NCBI GenBank assembly: GCA_020724865.1
Contig: DYGA01000001.1
Span: forward strand, 835-64,834
Direction: 5' to 3'
Origin: Candidatus Paceibacter sp.
GTDB lineage: Bacteria; Patescibacteriota; Patescibacteriia; S139-126
DNA length: 64,000 nt
Shown: positions 18,804-29,012 of the stretch, in pieces
Layout of the letters: each line of letters begins with the position of its first letter
How positions within the stretch are numbered: the stretch's first letter is position 1
The notes under the pieces: generated by a model
What the model was told of the DNA's origin: nothing
What the model saw: the letters and a program-made list of their open reading frames with translations, nothing else
Database searches by the model: none
Position numbers and translations under genes: made by a program

Positions 18804-19373
18804 TTATTTTTTATTCATTTTGCCAATCCCAACATATAAAACACTAATTGACCACCAGGGGATAATACCAGTAAAAGGCAATATTTCAAGGACAGGGGCA
18901 ATAAAACCTACGACTTTTTTCTTTCCAGCATTATGCATAAACAAATATGTCCAAAGTAGCCCTCCAACTATAATATCTATAATCCAATCTAACCACCACA
19001 CCGTCTCAAATGAAGCGACGTCAAATACATCTTTTACCCCAGCTGCTATTATCATAAAATACCACATTATGCCTACTTGTAAAAAACCCCCTCCTAAAAA
19101 ATTTACCCCAATATCTTTAGCGCCCTTGGCTATATTTATCGCACCAGCGACTTTATTGCCCGCAGCAATCTGAGCAGCTCCTTTACTTATTTGTCTAGTA
19201 CTTTTACTTAAATCTTTGGCTCTCTTTAAAAGTCCAGCCTGTTCTTGTCCATTAGCGACATTTTGATTATCAATCCTATTTCTAGACAGCATCTCATCCA
19301 TACCTTGAGAACGAGAACTACGAATACGCTGTCTGTTTAATTCACGCTTATAATTATTCTCATTTTCAACCAT
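18804..19373 (-). CDS. Hypothetical membrane protein of T4SS locus
   Basis: C-terminal TMs with EILPFTGIIPWW. Confidence 0.6.
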   Translation of the reverse strand: MVENENNYKRELNRQRIRSSRSQGMDEMLSRNRIDNQNVANGQEQAGLLKRAKDLSKSTRQISKGAAQIAAGNKVAGAINIAKGAKDIGVNFLGGGFLQVGIMWYFMIIAAGVKDVFDVASFETVWWLDWIIDIIVGGLLWTYLFMHNAGKKKVVGFIAPVLEILPFTGIIPWWSISVLYVGIGKMNKK

Positions 19374-19380
19374 AATTAAT

Positions 19381-19968
19381 TTATTTTTTTTCTGGACCGA
19401 TATTAAAATCTGCTACCAACCAAACACCATTATCTTTTACTAACTGTAAGGTAATATCTTGATAAAAAATTCTTTCGTTCCCACCACTAACCTCTCTTTT
19501 TTGCGTCTTAACTAAAACCACTGCTGAATTATTGGTCTGATTTTCAACATTAACTGCTAAAGTTTTCGTACTTAAGGCATAACTTTCTTTCACTTGTTTA
19601 GTGCTAGATCGTAAACTTTGTAAATCAGAATAAATGCTGTTCGTCACTACGCTTTTTATATCATCAATATTTTGCCAAGCGGCACTATCAGAAAAACTGC
19701 CATATCTTTCTACAAAATATCTACTAGTGTTAACTATTGAAGCATAGTCACCTATTTCTTCTTCTGACTTACCAGATATTTGTTGAGATAAAGTATCTTG
19801 AACTTGCTGATCCTGAGTAGAATTCACATCTGATTGTTCAATAATAACTGGGGGCTCACTGGATAAGGGTTGCTCTCTATTTTGCCACCACCACCAACCT
19901 AAAAAACCGCCGACTATCAGTACTAAAACAAACAGTATTATAAGTAATTTTTTTATTCTTGGATTCAT
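19381..19968 (-). CDS. VirB8/TcpC-like bitopic protein (NTF2-like fold)
   Basis: TM, linker, FVERYGSFS, ITLQLVKDNGVWLVADF; T4SS context. Confidence 0.55.
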   Translation of the reverse strand: MNPRIKKLLIILFVLVLIVGGFLGWWWWQNREQPLSSEPPVIIEQSDVNSTQDQQVQDTLSQQISGKSEEEIGDYASIVNTSRYFVERYGSFSDSAAWQNIDDIKSVVTNSIYSDLQSLRSSTKQVKESYALSTKTLAVNVENQTNNSAVVLVKTQKREVSGGNERIFYQDITLQLVKDNGVWLVADFNIGPEKK

Positions 19969-19974
19969 ATTTTA

Positions 19975-20067
19975 TAAGGATTAGGATTTAGGATATAGGA
20001 TATAGTAGTGGTATATTAATTTATTTTTTTATTCCTCGACCCTAAATCCTATATCCTATGTCCTAAA
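19975..20067. repeat. Inverted TAGGAT heptamer stem
   Basis: taggatttaggatataggatatag ... cctaaatcctatatcctatgtcctaa. Confidence 0.8.
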
Positions 20068-21960
20068 TTAAATATCCATCTCCTCAGCTTGATTTTGCTG
20101 ACGATTAAACTCCCTTTTTGCTTCTTCGATTTCCAACAACTGCTTGGGGTCGGAAGTAATGAGCTGATCTTCTGTATAGGAAGCGACAATTTTTATAGCT
20201 GCATGCTTGGACCCAGCAAAAAAAATCCCTTCGCCCACGCCGCATTCAAGCAATAGATATTTTTCCCCTTCAGTCAACATAAATGTTTTTTTCACGACAT
20301 CAATGGATGCGGGTGATTGTTTAAGTAACAGCTGCAAAGACGAGTTGGTAACGATTGCCTGACCATAAGGGCTACGTAAAAAATCATTGACATCTTGGGT
20401 TATAGTAGTTACTCCCAAATAATATTTTCGACAACGTTTTACCAAAGCATAGATAAACTTGGCACTATCATCATTTTGCATTAGCCACCAAGCTTCATCA
20501 ATAACCAATATTCTCTTTTTAAGTTCTGATCTTACTATATTCCAAATATAATTAACAATGGTATAAATCGCTATGGGCCTTAATTCATCTTCCAAATCTC
20601 TGACCGAAAAGGTTATCAACTGATTGTTCAAATCAATATTGGTTGGACTATTGAAAAGCCCTGAAAATGTACCTTCTGTATATTTTTTTAAACGCAAAAC
20701 CAAATCATCTCCTCCTTCCATGCCAGATAAAACTTCTTCAAAATCTGACATTAATGGTGTTTCCACGTGAGTCAAATCAGAAGTTGGCGTAATATCTTTT
20801 TTAGCATAAGTTTCAAGTAAGGCACGATCAATAATTGAATCCTCCTGATGGGTAAGATTCCCTAACATCAAACGCATTAACCCCTTCAAGGTAATAACTG
20901 CACTCCGAATAATATCGGCTGGTTTCATATCATCAACCTTACGAGGCAAATCAAATGGATTTATTTTACTGTCACTAGACAAAGAAATATTTATATAAGT
21001 CCCGCCGACAGCATCTGATAAATGTTTGTATTCTTTTTCGGGGTCAATAATAATTACATCGGTTCCCATCATCAAACTGCGTAAAACTTCAAGTTTGATA
21101 GCATAACTTTTACCAGCGCCAGAAGTAGCAAAAACAACCGAATTAGCATTTTGTAAAGAAAATCTATCAAATAAAATCAAACTATTATTATGTCGATTAA
21201 TACCATATAATATTCCTTCATCACTAGTAAGTTCTGAGGATATAAACGGAAAAGACGATGCCACCGGTGAAGAATTCATATTGAAAGAAATCATCAACTC
21301 ATCATTACCCAAGGGTAAGGTGGAATTAAACCCCTGTTCAGCTTGATATAATGTTCTTTTTGTATAAACTAACTTGCTACCAAAAAGCGATTCAATTTTT
21401 TCAGTCAAATTATCAAGTTCTTCTTTGGAATTGGCGTACATAGTTACATACAACGCGTATTGGAAAAACTTTTCTATACCTTGAGTTAAGTCGTCACGCA
21501 ATTTTTCAATATCTTGCAGGGCCGTTTCTCGGATAGGATCACGGGGAGCGCCTTTTTCCGCATCAGCAATCAATTGTGCTTCCAAAACGCCAACTTTATT
21601 TTTCAATTGCTTTAAAACAACCTCAGCTGGAATCGGATAAAAAAACATACCAATATCCATAGTCGCGGAATAATTTATTACTGGCGCAAACCAACCAACT
21701 GAAATATAACGCGGATAATTAATAACAAATATTGTCCGCACAAATTTTGAACCTAACTCCAAATAAGATGGAGTTACTTTAAAAGCAGCCGGAGCAATAA
21801 TATCTCGAATTTTTACCGTACCTTCACGAAATACTTTTTCTGCCTCCAATAGTTGTTTTTCATCCAAAGTTCTTTCCACCTCAATTTCTGCCTGTTCACG
21901 ACGAGAAAGTATCTGTTTAACTGGTCTATTCTTTTGTATGGCTTGTTTGGGATTAAACAT
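20068..21960 (-). CDS. virB4: VirB4-like T4SS ATPase
   Basis: ATSGAGKS Walker A, IDPEKEY, INPFD, VIDEAW, RKYYLG..TITQDV. Confidence 0.9.
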   Translation of the reverse strand: MFNPKQAIQKNRPVKQILSRREQAEIEVERTLDEKQLLEAEKVFREGTVKIRDIIAPAAFKVTPSYLELGSKFVRTIFVINYPRYISVGWFAPVINYSATMDIGMFFYPIPAEVVLKQLKNKVGVLEAQLIADAEKGAPRDPIRETALQDIEKLRDDLTQGIEKFFQYALYVTMYANSKEELDNLTEKIESLFGSKLVYTKRTLYQAEQGFNSTLPLGNDELMISFNMNSSPVASSFPFISSELTSDEGILYGINRHNNSLILFDRFSLQNANSVVFATSGAGKSYAIKLEVLRSLMMGTDVIIIDPEKEYKHLSDAVGGTYINISLSSDSKINPFDLPRKVDDMKPADIIRSAVITLKGLMRLMLGNLTHQEDSIIDRALLETYAKKDITPTSDLTHVETPLMSDFEEVLSGMEGGDDLVLRLKKYTEGTFSGLFNSPTNIDLNNQLITFSVRDLEDELRPIAIYTIVNYIWNIVRSELKKRILVIDEAWWLMQNDDSAKFIYALVKRCRKYYLGVTTITQDVNDFLRSPYGQAIVTNSSLQLLLKQSPASIDVVKKTFMLTEGEKYLLLECGVGEGIFFAGSKHAAIKIVASYTEDQLITSDPKQLLEIEEAKREFNRQQNQAEEMDI

Positions 21961-22062
21961 AGAAATTAAAATATAGAATCTAGAATTTAAGATATAGGGA
22001 TTAGGATAAAATAATTTTATAATTTATAATTTTCAAACTATATCCTAAACTCTCTATTGTAA
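21960..22062. repeat. Inverted TAG(G/A)AT heptamer stem, degenerate
   Basis: tagaatctagaatttaagatatagggattaggata ... ctatatcctaaactctcta. Confidence 0.65.
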
Positions 22063-22068
22063 ATACTG

Positions 22069-22746
22069 TTAACTGGTTCTTAATTTATTAACATCAACTA
22101 ATTTTTGCTGTTCATAAACATCTAAATTGTAAGTATTATAATACAATTCTATCAAACTTTGAGTATCCAATTTAACTGAGGTCAATCCAATGCTGGCTAA
22201 ATTGGACATCACAAAATCAACTCGTTTTTCCAACAATTCTAAATATTGTTCATACTTTTTCTTTTGCAAAGAGATTACCCGAGCCGGAGAGAAAATCGCG
22301 GAAAATCTTTTTATAAAACTTGGTTTTTCAACATTTATTCCTCCATAAGGCACCACCACATAGAAACGTTTGCTCATAATTTCCCCCAATTCAACCAACT
22401 CTTTGACATACTCACGATAATCACTAATTTGAGCGCGCAATAATTCATTGGTCAACATCCGTTCGCGCTGTGCTAACTGCTCCAAATAAAAATCTATATT
22501 CAATTTGCGAGATTGAATAACAATTTGCAAAGGAAAATCTAGAGCATTCAAAAAACTAACATACGCTGCAATGGTAGCATTCTGTTCATCTTCTGATTTT
22601 AAAGCAAAATTGATTGAAGAAACCAACAATACCGCCCGTAAAGTGCCGTCTTTCAAAACAACTGAATCATTTTTAATCTCAGCAATATCTAAATACTGCT
22701 GAGTTGAAATAAGAACTTTTTTATTGGCTAATTTTTTTGATTTCAT
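22069..22746 (-). CDS. VirB4-associated N-terminal-domain protein (monoderm-type T4SS)
   Basis: STQQYLDIAEIK..VVLKDG..RAVLLVSSINFALKSEDEQ; located between prgI and virB4. Confidence 0.7.
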   Translation of the reverse strand: MKSKKLANKKVLISTQQYLDIAEIKNDSVVLKDGTLRAVLLVSSINFALKSEDEQNATIAAYVSFLNALDFPLQIVIQSRKLNIDFYLEQLAQRERMLTNELLRAQISDYREYVKELVELGEIMSKRFYVVVPYGGINVEKPSFIKRFSAIFSPARVISLQKKKYEQYLELLEKRVDFVMSNLASIGLTSVKLDTQSLIELYYNTYNLDVYEQQKLVDVNKLRTS

Positions 22747-22749
22747 TTG

Positions 22750-22819
22750 ATTGGGATTTAGGATTTAGTATTTAGGATTGTAAACTTAACCATTCATCCT
22801 AACTCCTAGCTCCTAACTA
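22750..22819. repeat. Inverted TAGGAT heptamer stem
   Basis: tgggatttaggatttagtatttaggat ... atcctaactcctagctcctaact. Confidence 0.75.
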
Positions 22820-23269
22820 ATAATTTTCTCCTTTATAATATCCACCAGTATTGACAATCAATGACAACTCGGCCAATCTGGTGGTTGATAATTGTTTATT
22901 GGTTGGACTAACCAATTTTACTGTATTTAGTAAATCATCTTCTTTCTTTTCTATATCCACATCTTTATCTTTGGAAGAAACTGGGGAATTATCTTTGGCC
23001 CAGATTCGTAAAGATGGTCTCATAATTGTTTGAATGACATTCAGTAAAAAAATATGAAAAGGAGCACCATTAACTTTCAAAAATCCGAAAGCTGCTCCCA
23101 GGGCAACCGTAAAAATCGAAGCAAGTAAAAATCCAGAAAAATCTAAAGTTTTAAAATAGGTGAACAATGCCCCCATAACCACAATCATGATCACAAACTG
23201 ACGAACAGTTATAGGACCTAAGATTTTACTCTCAACATCAATGAATTGTGGCACTAAGAATTGTTGCAT
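22817..23269 (-). CDS. PrgI family (VirB3-like) protein
   Basis: QFLVPQFIDVESKILGPITVRQF + 2 TM. Confidence 0.85.
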   Translation of the reverse strand: MQQFLVPQFIDVESKILGPITVRQFVIMIVVMGALFTYFKTLDFSGFLLASIFTVALGAAFGFLKVNGAPFHIFLLNVIQTIMRPSLRIWAKDNSPVSSKDKDVDIEKKEDDLLNTVKLVSPTNKQLSTTRLAELSLIVNTGGYYKGENY

Positions 23270-23273
23270 AAAG

Positions 23274-23728
23274 TTAGGATATAGGATCTAGGATTTGGGA
23301 TTAGGGATAAAGTGATTTATTTTGATTTTAATTTTTGAATTAAAACGTTTAACATTTTTTGTACTTCTACCAATAAATTTTCAACTTTTTTATAATTTAA
23401 ATTTCTATATATATTTTTTGAAATAATTATTTGTGTTTCCAGCTCAGCTGCAGACCCACTTGCTATACTTAAAAAATTAACATACTCTATTCTTCCTTTT
23501 CATTGATAACCTTCAGCAATATTTGAAGGGATAGAAATAACAGCTCTTCTCATTTGATTTATTAATCCAAATAACTCATGTTTAGGATATCTCTCTGTCA
23601 ATTTATAAATTTCAACCACCAGTTCAATAGATTTCTGCCATACTATTAACTCTTTATATGATTTTAACATCTTATTATATTTATAAAAAACTTTTTCTAT
23701 ATCCTAACTCCTATTTCCTAAATCCTAA
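23274..23728. repeat. Inverted TAGGAT heptamer arms enclosing a four-helix-bundle gene
   Basis: Left arm taggatataggatctaggatttgggattaggga (~23275-23307); right arm ctatatcctaactcctatttcctaaatcctaa (~23697-23728). Confidence 0.8.
23317..23670 (-). pseudogene. Four-helix-bundle protein (23S rRNA IVP / TIGR02436-like) with in-frame TGA at codon 57
   Basis: MLKSYKELIVWQKSIELVVEIYKLT..YPKHELFGLINQMRRAVISIPSNIAEGYQ*KG..EYVNFLSIASGSAAELETQ; TGA at 23500-23502. Confidence 0.88.
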
Positions 23729-24900
23729 TATCTCAACTCTTGGTTTAAATCTGATATTTTTTCAAATTCCTGCACTGTTAATGTTTCCTGATCCAATTGT
23801 TGCCTTTCCATAATTACCTGACTAACTGATTTGCCCTGCTCCATACTTTGTCTGCCGATTTCCAAATATAAATTATACAGAGGTGATTGACGCCAAGCTT
23901 TTATTCCTTCTACTTTCTTACTAAATGATTCTTCTTCCAAGGCATCAATTTTATCTTTAATACGACTGATATTATCTAAAGCATTTGTACCAATCCTATG
24001 CAATTCAGCCAAACTCATATATTTTAACTCTTCAATTGGCCCCCTTACTCTTTCCATTGGCCTAACATCACTTACCCTAGGTTTAATATCTGTAGAAATA
24101 GGCCGTTTTGGACGTTGGATTATAGGTTCTTCTGGTTCAGATTTTATCTCTGGTTCTTTAAATTGTGGCACTTGAGTAAATTCTGGTTTAATTTGTGCTA
24201 AATTTTCGGCAAAATTATCATGTAAATTAGCTGAAGAAGGTTGATCAAATTGATAAGCATCATCTGATTGGCTAATTATATCATCAAGCTCTGATTTGGA
24301 AGGTAAAAAGTATTGACCAGATTCAATTTTTTCCATTTTTTCAGACAATAATGACATTAAAACATCTGCCTCAGAATCACTTAAACCAGCGCCCCCTTCG
24401 GCCATTGCCCGAGTTAATATGTCTCTAGTTTCAGCTTGTTCTCTAACATGTTTAAGTCTAGCTAAAATAATATTTTTTACTTTTGTTCTATTATTCTCAC
24501 TAGCAAAACGAATACCGCTCAAGGCAATTATTTCTTCAGCTACTGGATTAAGGTCAACTTTATCATCCAATCCTTTTTCGGAAACTATTTTATTTATTTC
24601 CTCCTCATCTTCAGGATGAAAATAAAAAGCTGCACCAGTTTGTTTTTGCCAGATGGCTGGGGTGGGCGGCATTAACTGCTCGGCTAATTTTTCTTTACTG
24701 ACCAATCCGTCTTTTGTAAATGATTCAGTTGTCGGTTGGACGGCTTTTTTTTCTACCACTTTAAAACCAGCTGGTAAATCTTCCAATTTACCCCCAATCA
24801 AAATTCGAAAATTTCCCTGTTCATCTTTGACAACTATTTCATCAGATACATCTAAATCCAGCTTCTCGTCAGTTAAATTTTTGTTTAATATTTCATCCAT
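23725..24900 (-). CDS. Hypothetical protein of CPR T4SS locus
   Basis: 391-aa ORF; GPIEELK...AWRQSPLYNLY C-terminal block. Confidence 0.6.
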   Translation of the reverse strand: MDEILNKNLTDEKLDLDVSDEIVVKDEQGNFRILIGGKLEDLPAGFKVVEKKAVQPTTESFTKDGLVSKEKLAEQLMPPTPAIWQKQTGAAFYFHPEDEEEINKIVSEKGLDDKVDLNPVAEEIIALSGIRFASENNRTKVKNIILARLKHVREQAETRDILTRAMAEGGAGLSDSEADVLMSLLSEKMEKIESGQYFLPSKSELDDIISQSDDAYQFDQPSSANLHDNFAENLAQIKPEFTQVPQFKEPEIKSEPEEPIIQRPKRPISTDIKPRVSDVRPMERVRGPIEELKYMSLAELHRIGTNALDNISRIKDKIDALEEESFSKKVEGIKAWRQSPLYNLYLEIGRQSMEQGKSVSQVIMERQQLDQETLTVQEFEKISDLNQELRY

Positions 24901-24929
24901 ACTAGTTATTATAGCAGATAAACAATAAA

Positions 24930-25037
24930 AATTATTAATATTAAATTATAAATTAGAAATCAATAATTTTAATTTTTTAATTTAATAATTTTACAATTCA
25001 TTTAAAATTTAAAATTGATAATTTATAATTTGGAATT
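24930..25037. repeat. AT-rich heptamer inverted array
   Basis: aattattaatattaaattataaattag ... atttaaaatttaaaattgataatttataatttgg. Confidence 0.5.
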
Positions 25038-26360
25038 TTAATCTGCCAATTCCAATCTGTCGTCTTTTTCTAAAATTATTTTCCATTTAAACTCTCCAGT
25101 TTTTAAATCACCATAAGCTATCGGTAAATATTGTTTATCGCCAGCCCGCTTTAACTCGTTGACCAATTTTATCGCCAGTACCGCTGATTCACCATCGTCA
25201 AGTTTTAAAATATCTTTTAAAATATGTTGTAAGAAATATGACAGATAAACTGGTTCCAGCAAATTATTGGCAAAATGATCGGCAATTTTTTTGGAAAACT
25301 TTTTGTTTAAATGCTGTATAAATATTTCTTTAATTTTTACATCTTGTTCAAAAATTTCATCTAACTTTCCTTTTTTGGCAAAAACAAATAAATACAAATA
25401 TATATTATCTTTATCTTTTGAATTTATTGCTTGATGAAAACTTTCAAATAATTCCTTATTCGACTTTTTTAATAAATTATCCGCTTGGTTTATAATTTTA
25501 TCTATAAACTTTTGATAATTTATATATTTTTGTAGAATTTTTTCTTTGTTATCAATATCTGGTTCTGCTGTTGGGGTAATGTTTTCTGTAGAAAAATAAA
25601 CTGCTTTTTCTTTATATACTTTTGGAATGGGGATTAATCTAAATTCTTCAAAAGGTATATTTTTTTCTAAATAAACATCAGGAAAAAATTTTAAATTTCT
25701 AAATATCTTAATTAATGTCTCAACATCTTTCTTTTCTTGAGGAGAAAGATTTTTTACTTCTTTTACTTCAGTTAAAAAGCTGGCCAAAGTAAAATCATTG
25801 AACTCTTTTAAACCATATAGGGAAATAAATAATTTTAACCAATTTGCCACTGTTCCAGGAACTTTTTTATTTTCCAATTCTAAATTTGTTTTGGTAAAAA
25901 TAGTTTTATTGTTATATAAATAATTTAAAAGTTCCTCATTGAAATTTACATCATACAAAATTACATAAAGAAATTTTTCATTTATCTCTATCAACAAATC
26001 TACGCTCTGATTTAATAATTTTCTAATTTCTCCAGTAAAAAAATTTTTCAAATCTTCTTTATAAATTTTATTTTTATCAAGATCACTTACCAACAACAAG
26101 CTGAAAACATCACTGACTAAATCTTGTTTTACTTTGACAGCGATACTTTCTGCCAAATTAAACTTTTTCATAATATATTCTGGTATGTCACTTATATCCA
26201 GTTCTCCAATGGCCACCAAAATAACAACAAACTTTAAATCAATCTGATATTTCAACTCCAAAGATTGCAACGCTTGAACCGCATCTTCACCACCTAAAGC
26301 ATCCTGAACATCGCTAGGTAGTTGATAAAATTTAATTATACAATTTTCGATATAACTCAT
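25038..26360 (-). CDS. Hypothetical helical protein
   Basis: 440-aa ORF in operon; GTVANWLK, AYGDLKTGEFKW. Confidence 0.6.
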   Translation of the reverse strand: MSYIENCIIKFYQLPSDVQDALGGEDAVQALQSLELKYQIDLKFVVILVAIGELDISDIPEYIMKKFNLAESIAVKVKQDLVSDVFSLLLVSDLDKNKIYKEDLKNFFTGEIRKLLNQSVDLLIEINEKFLYVILYDVNFNEELLNYLYNNKTIFTKTNLELENKKVPGTVANWLKLFISLYGLKEFNDFTLASFLTEVKEVKNLSPQEKKDVETLIKIFRNLKFFPDVYLEKNIPFEEFRLIPIPKVYKEKAVYFSTENITPTAEPDIDNKEKILQKYINYQKFIDKIINQADNLLKKSNKELFESFHQAINSKDKDNIYLYLFVFAKKGKLDEIFEQDVKIKEIFIQHLNKKFSKKIADHFANNLLEPVYLSYFLQHILKDILKLDDGESAVLAIKLVNELKRAGDKQYLPIAYGDLKTGEFKWKIILEKDDRLELAD

Positions 26361-26426
26361 AACTCAAATAGATTATTTTTGTTTTATTATTTTAATTAAA
26401 TATTACCAGCCAATATAACATTGTTT

Positions 26427-28895
26427 TTAAAAATGTTCTTCGGGACTTTCACTGCTATTTGGCGGAATTTTTGCTTCTTTGCCGTAACTTATTAATAAAT
26501 CATGAATAAGTGGAATAGTTTTATTTTGGGTATCAATACTCCTTTTAATATCATTTAATACGGAAACTAGGCTTTGATTGGTTGCTTCATCTGACAGTAT
26601 TTGATTAACTGTTTTTGTTTTATCTGAAGAAATTTTTTCTTTAACCAGCTCTTCAATTTTATCTTCTTGTTTATTTTCTAATACAGATTTGACTAACTGC
26701 TCTACTTCTGCCTCATCAGTTAGACCATAACCATGAATCTTCTCACGTATAGTTGCTTCTTTAAAATCACTTTCACTATATCCGCGACTACTAGAATTGA
26801 CTAGGTTTAAATTTTTTAAATTTTTTGAATCTTTTAAACGCTCTTTGGCTTTTTCTAAATTTTTTATTTCATTTTCCTTTCCGCCTTTGGTTTTTAACTC
26901 TTTAATCTGACCATCCAATAATTGAACTAAAGCTTTCGCAACATCTTTTAAATCATTTTTATTTTGAATACTTATACTTTTAACTTTACTGGGGTCGCCA
27001 GTTTTACCTTTCAATAAATCCAATTTTTCAAAATTTTTATTATCAAAATCAACTGCTAAAACATTTGCTTTTTCACTGGCAAAATCATCTACTTCTAAAT
27101 TTCCAGGTCCCTTTTTCAAATCCAATTCTTCTTTTGCAACATCACGATAATGATTTAGATGGTTTCCGGTTCTTGACATTCTATCTAGATCTGCTGGTAA
27201 AATTGCTCGACCAAACACAGGATCGCCTGGTTTATTCAAATCACCAGCTAAAATTTTTCCGTTTTCATCAATACCGGCAATTTTAATGTCATTAAAACCA
27301 GAATAATGGGCTCCCGAATTGTATAATCCCCTGCGATATCTATTTCTTGACAATGCATCTTCATGCTTAGTTCCTCTTAAATCAATACCGCTGTTACCAA
27401 GATTATAAATTTCTTCATCGCTTAATCTGGCAAAATCATCAGCGTCCATTTTGGCTAAATATTCTCTAGCTAAAGTTTTATCCTTTATTAAAGAGGGTGC
27501 TTTTCTTCTCATCACATCTCTACGTACAGAAGGTATTTTACTGTTGACAAAACGCTGTAATATACGAGGGTCATTAATCGAGCCATAAATATCGTTGACT
27601 TTTTTTCTATCAGCCGCTCTTTTATTTTCTGCCATAGCTAGAGCTTTTGTTGCTAAAGTATTTAGACCAATAATCTTTGATCCTCCAATAGCACCCAAAA
27701 CATTTCTTACTCCTTCACTGCGGCTCAAATAGCCACCCAATTGTCCAGCTGCTTTACCTGGCGCTTCTTTCGTTTTTTTCACAGCCCAACCAACTGCGGC
27801 TGCGCCCGTACCAAGCATAGCTGCCCGCGTTCCCCATTTTTGTACTTTTTGAGCAAAATTACCTACTGCTCCACCAGATTGAGCGGCAATTTTTTGTGAA
27901 ATTGCTAGCCCTCCCAATAGTAATGCCAATACTACTATATAATTTAAAATTACACTTTGATCTACATTGGACGGAATAATTTGAGACATTTGACTTTTTA
28001 ACTCCCCGGTTCCTTGAGAAGAAAATTTATTTGCTATATCGCCTTGCTGCATAGTGAGTAAAGCTAACCACAAAAAGAAAGCTATTACGGGACCAGAAAT
28101 AAGATGTTGGAAAAACATTTGCCACCATTGCGACCAATAATTTGGTTTAAAGGCATAAGCCAAATATGCCAATGGCGAAATAATTACCAATACCCAAAGC
28201 ATAGTAATACGCCACATCAAAACAGCAATCATCACCAATATCACCATATCAGCTACCAATATCATCACAACTGCCAAAGCTGCTGCTACGACTAAACCTT
28301 CTTGAAAACCTGAAACGTCAGACGCCCATACTCCCTGTGAAAGCATTTCATAGATACCTAAACCTTGTGCTAAATTTCCACCTGCTACGTCTTTAAAACC
28401 ATTAACAAAGGTCAACATAATTACTTGAAAAAAATCTATCAAAAACCCGGCGATGAGTTTAGAAAAATTTACCAAAATTGCCATGATTAACAACTTGGTA
28501 AGTGTTTTTTGATAATGATATGAGCTTATTTTAAGAACAGTAGAAAAAGCAATTATCAACAGAACCACAATAAAGAACATATTAGCTATATCCCGAGCCA
28601 AACCCCAACCAGTAGCAACCATCGGCATATCAATAAAATTATTGAATTTAGCTAATTCAATCATTATGCCCACAAAAAATACAAATAAAACTCCTAAAAA
28701 TCTTACTACTAATAAAAATATTGCTGTTAACAAATCACTAGCAAATTTTAAAGGGTCAGAAAAACCCTCCCAAATAGCACTAAAGACACTTGCTGAAACA
28801 TAATTGGTAATAAAAAATACACCCACTACGACAAATAGAAAAGTAAAAAGTAAATTGGTTTTGTTTTGTATCAATTGCCTAATTTTTTTTGGCAT
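26427..28895 (-). CDS. VirB6/TrbL-like polytopic membrane protein with long cytoplasmic tail
   Basis: GWGLARDIANMFF, LVNFSKLI, RITMLWVLVIISPLAY, WWQMF...GPVIAFFLW. Confidence 0.75.
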   Translation of the reverse strand: MPKKIRQLIQNKTNLLFTFLFVVVGVFFITNYVSASVFSAIWEGFSDPLKFASDLLTAIFLLVVRFLGVLFVFFVGIMIELAKFNNFIDMPMVATGWGLARDIANMFFIVVLLIIAFSTVLKISSYHYQKTLTKLLIMAILVNFSKLIAGFLIDFFQVIMLTFVNGFKDVAGGNLAQGLGIYEMLSQGVWASDVSGFQEGLVVAAALAVVMILVADMVILVMIAVLMWRITMLWVLVIISPLAYLAYAFKPNYWSQWWQMFFQHLISGPVIAFFLWLALLTMQQGDIANKFSSQGTGELKSQMSQIIPSNVDQSVILNYIVVLALLLGGLAISQKIAAQSGGAVGNFAQKVQKWGTRAAMLGTGAAAVGWAVKKTKEAPGKAAGQLGGYLSRSEGVRNVLGAIGGSKIIGLNTLATKALAMAENKRAADRKKVNDIYGSINDPRILQRFVNSKIPSVRRDVMRRKAPSLIKDKTLAREYLAKMDADDFARLSDEEIYNLGNSGIDLRGTKHEDALSRNRYRRGLYNSGAHYSGFNDIKIAGIDENGKILAGDLNKPGDPVFGRAILPADLDRMSRTGNHLNHYRDVAKEELDLKKGPGNLEVDDFASEKANVLAVDFDNKNFEKLDLLKGKTGDPSKVKSISIQNKNDLKDVAKALVQLLDGQIKELKTKGGKENEIKNLEKAKERLKDSKNLKNLNLVNSSSRGYSESDFKEATIREKIHGYGLTDEAEVEQLVKSVLENKQEDKIEELVKEKISSDKTKTVNQILSDEATNQSLVSVLNDIKRSIDTQNKTIPLIHDLLISYGKEAKIPPNSSESPEEHF

Positions 28896-28954
28896 GAAAA
28901 TAATAAATTAACATATAATTCATTTTAAATTATACCATAAAAACCTATAAATAC

Positions 28955-28991
28955 AAAACAGATAAAAATTTTAATTTTTATCTGTTTTTTT
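28955..28991. terminator. Hairpin after giant protein gene
   Basis: aaaacagataaaaa/tttttatctgtttt. Confidence 0.55.
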
Positions 28992-29012
28992 ATAACTTTT
29001 AATTAATTTTAT

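Noticed and set aside
23500-23502. In-frame TGA suggesting UGA=Gly recoding (code 25)
   Set aside because: Long genes have no internal TGA and TGA ends normal genes (12269, 16086, 52720). The position corresponds to an Arg in the family, so a CGA>TGA nonsense change fits better.
23317-23670. Four-helix bundle as DGR accessory (Avd)
   Set aside because: No reverse transcriptase or TR/VR pair seen in the window, and the motifs match the 23S-IVP type.
19975-23728. Heptamer arrays or junction repeats as CRISPR
   Set aside because: No regular repeat-spacer periodicity and no cas genes.
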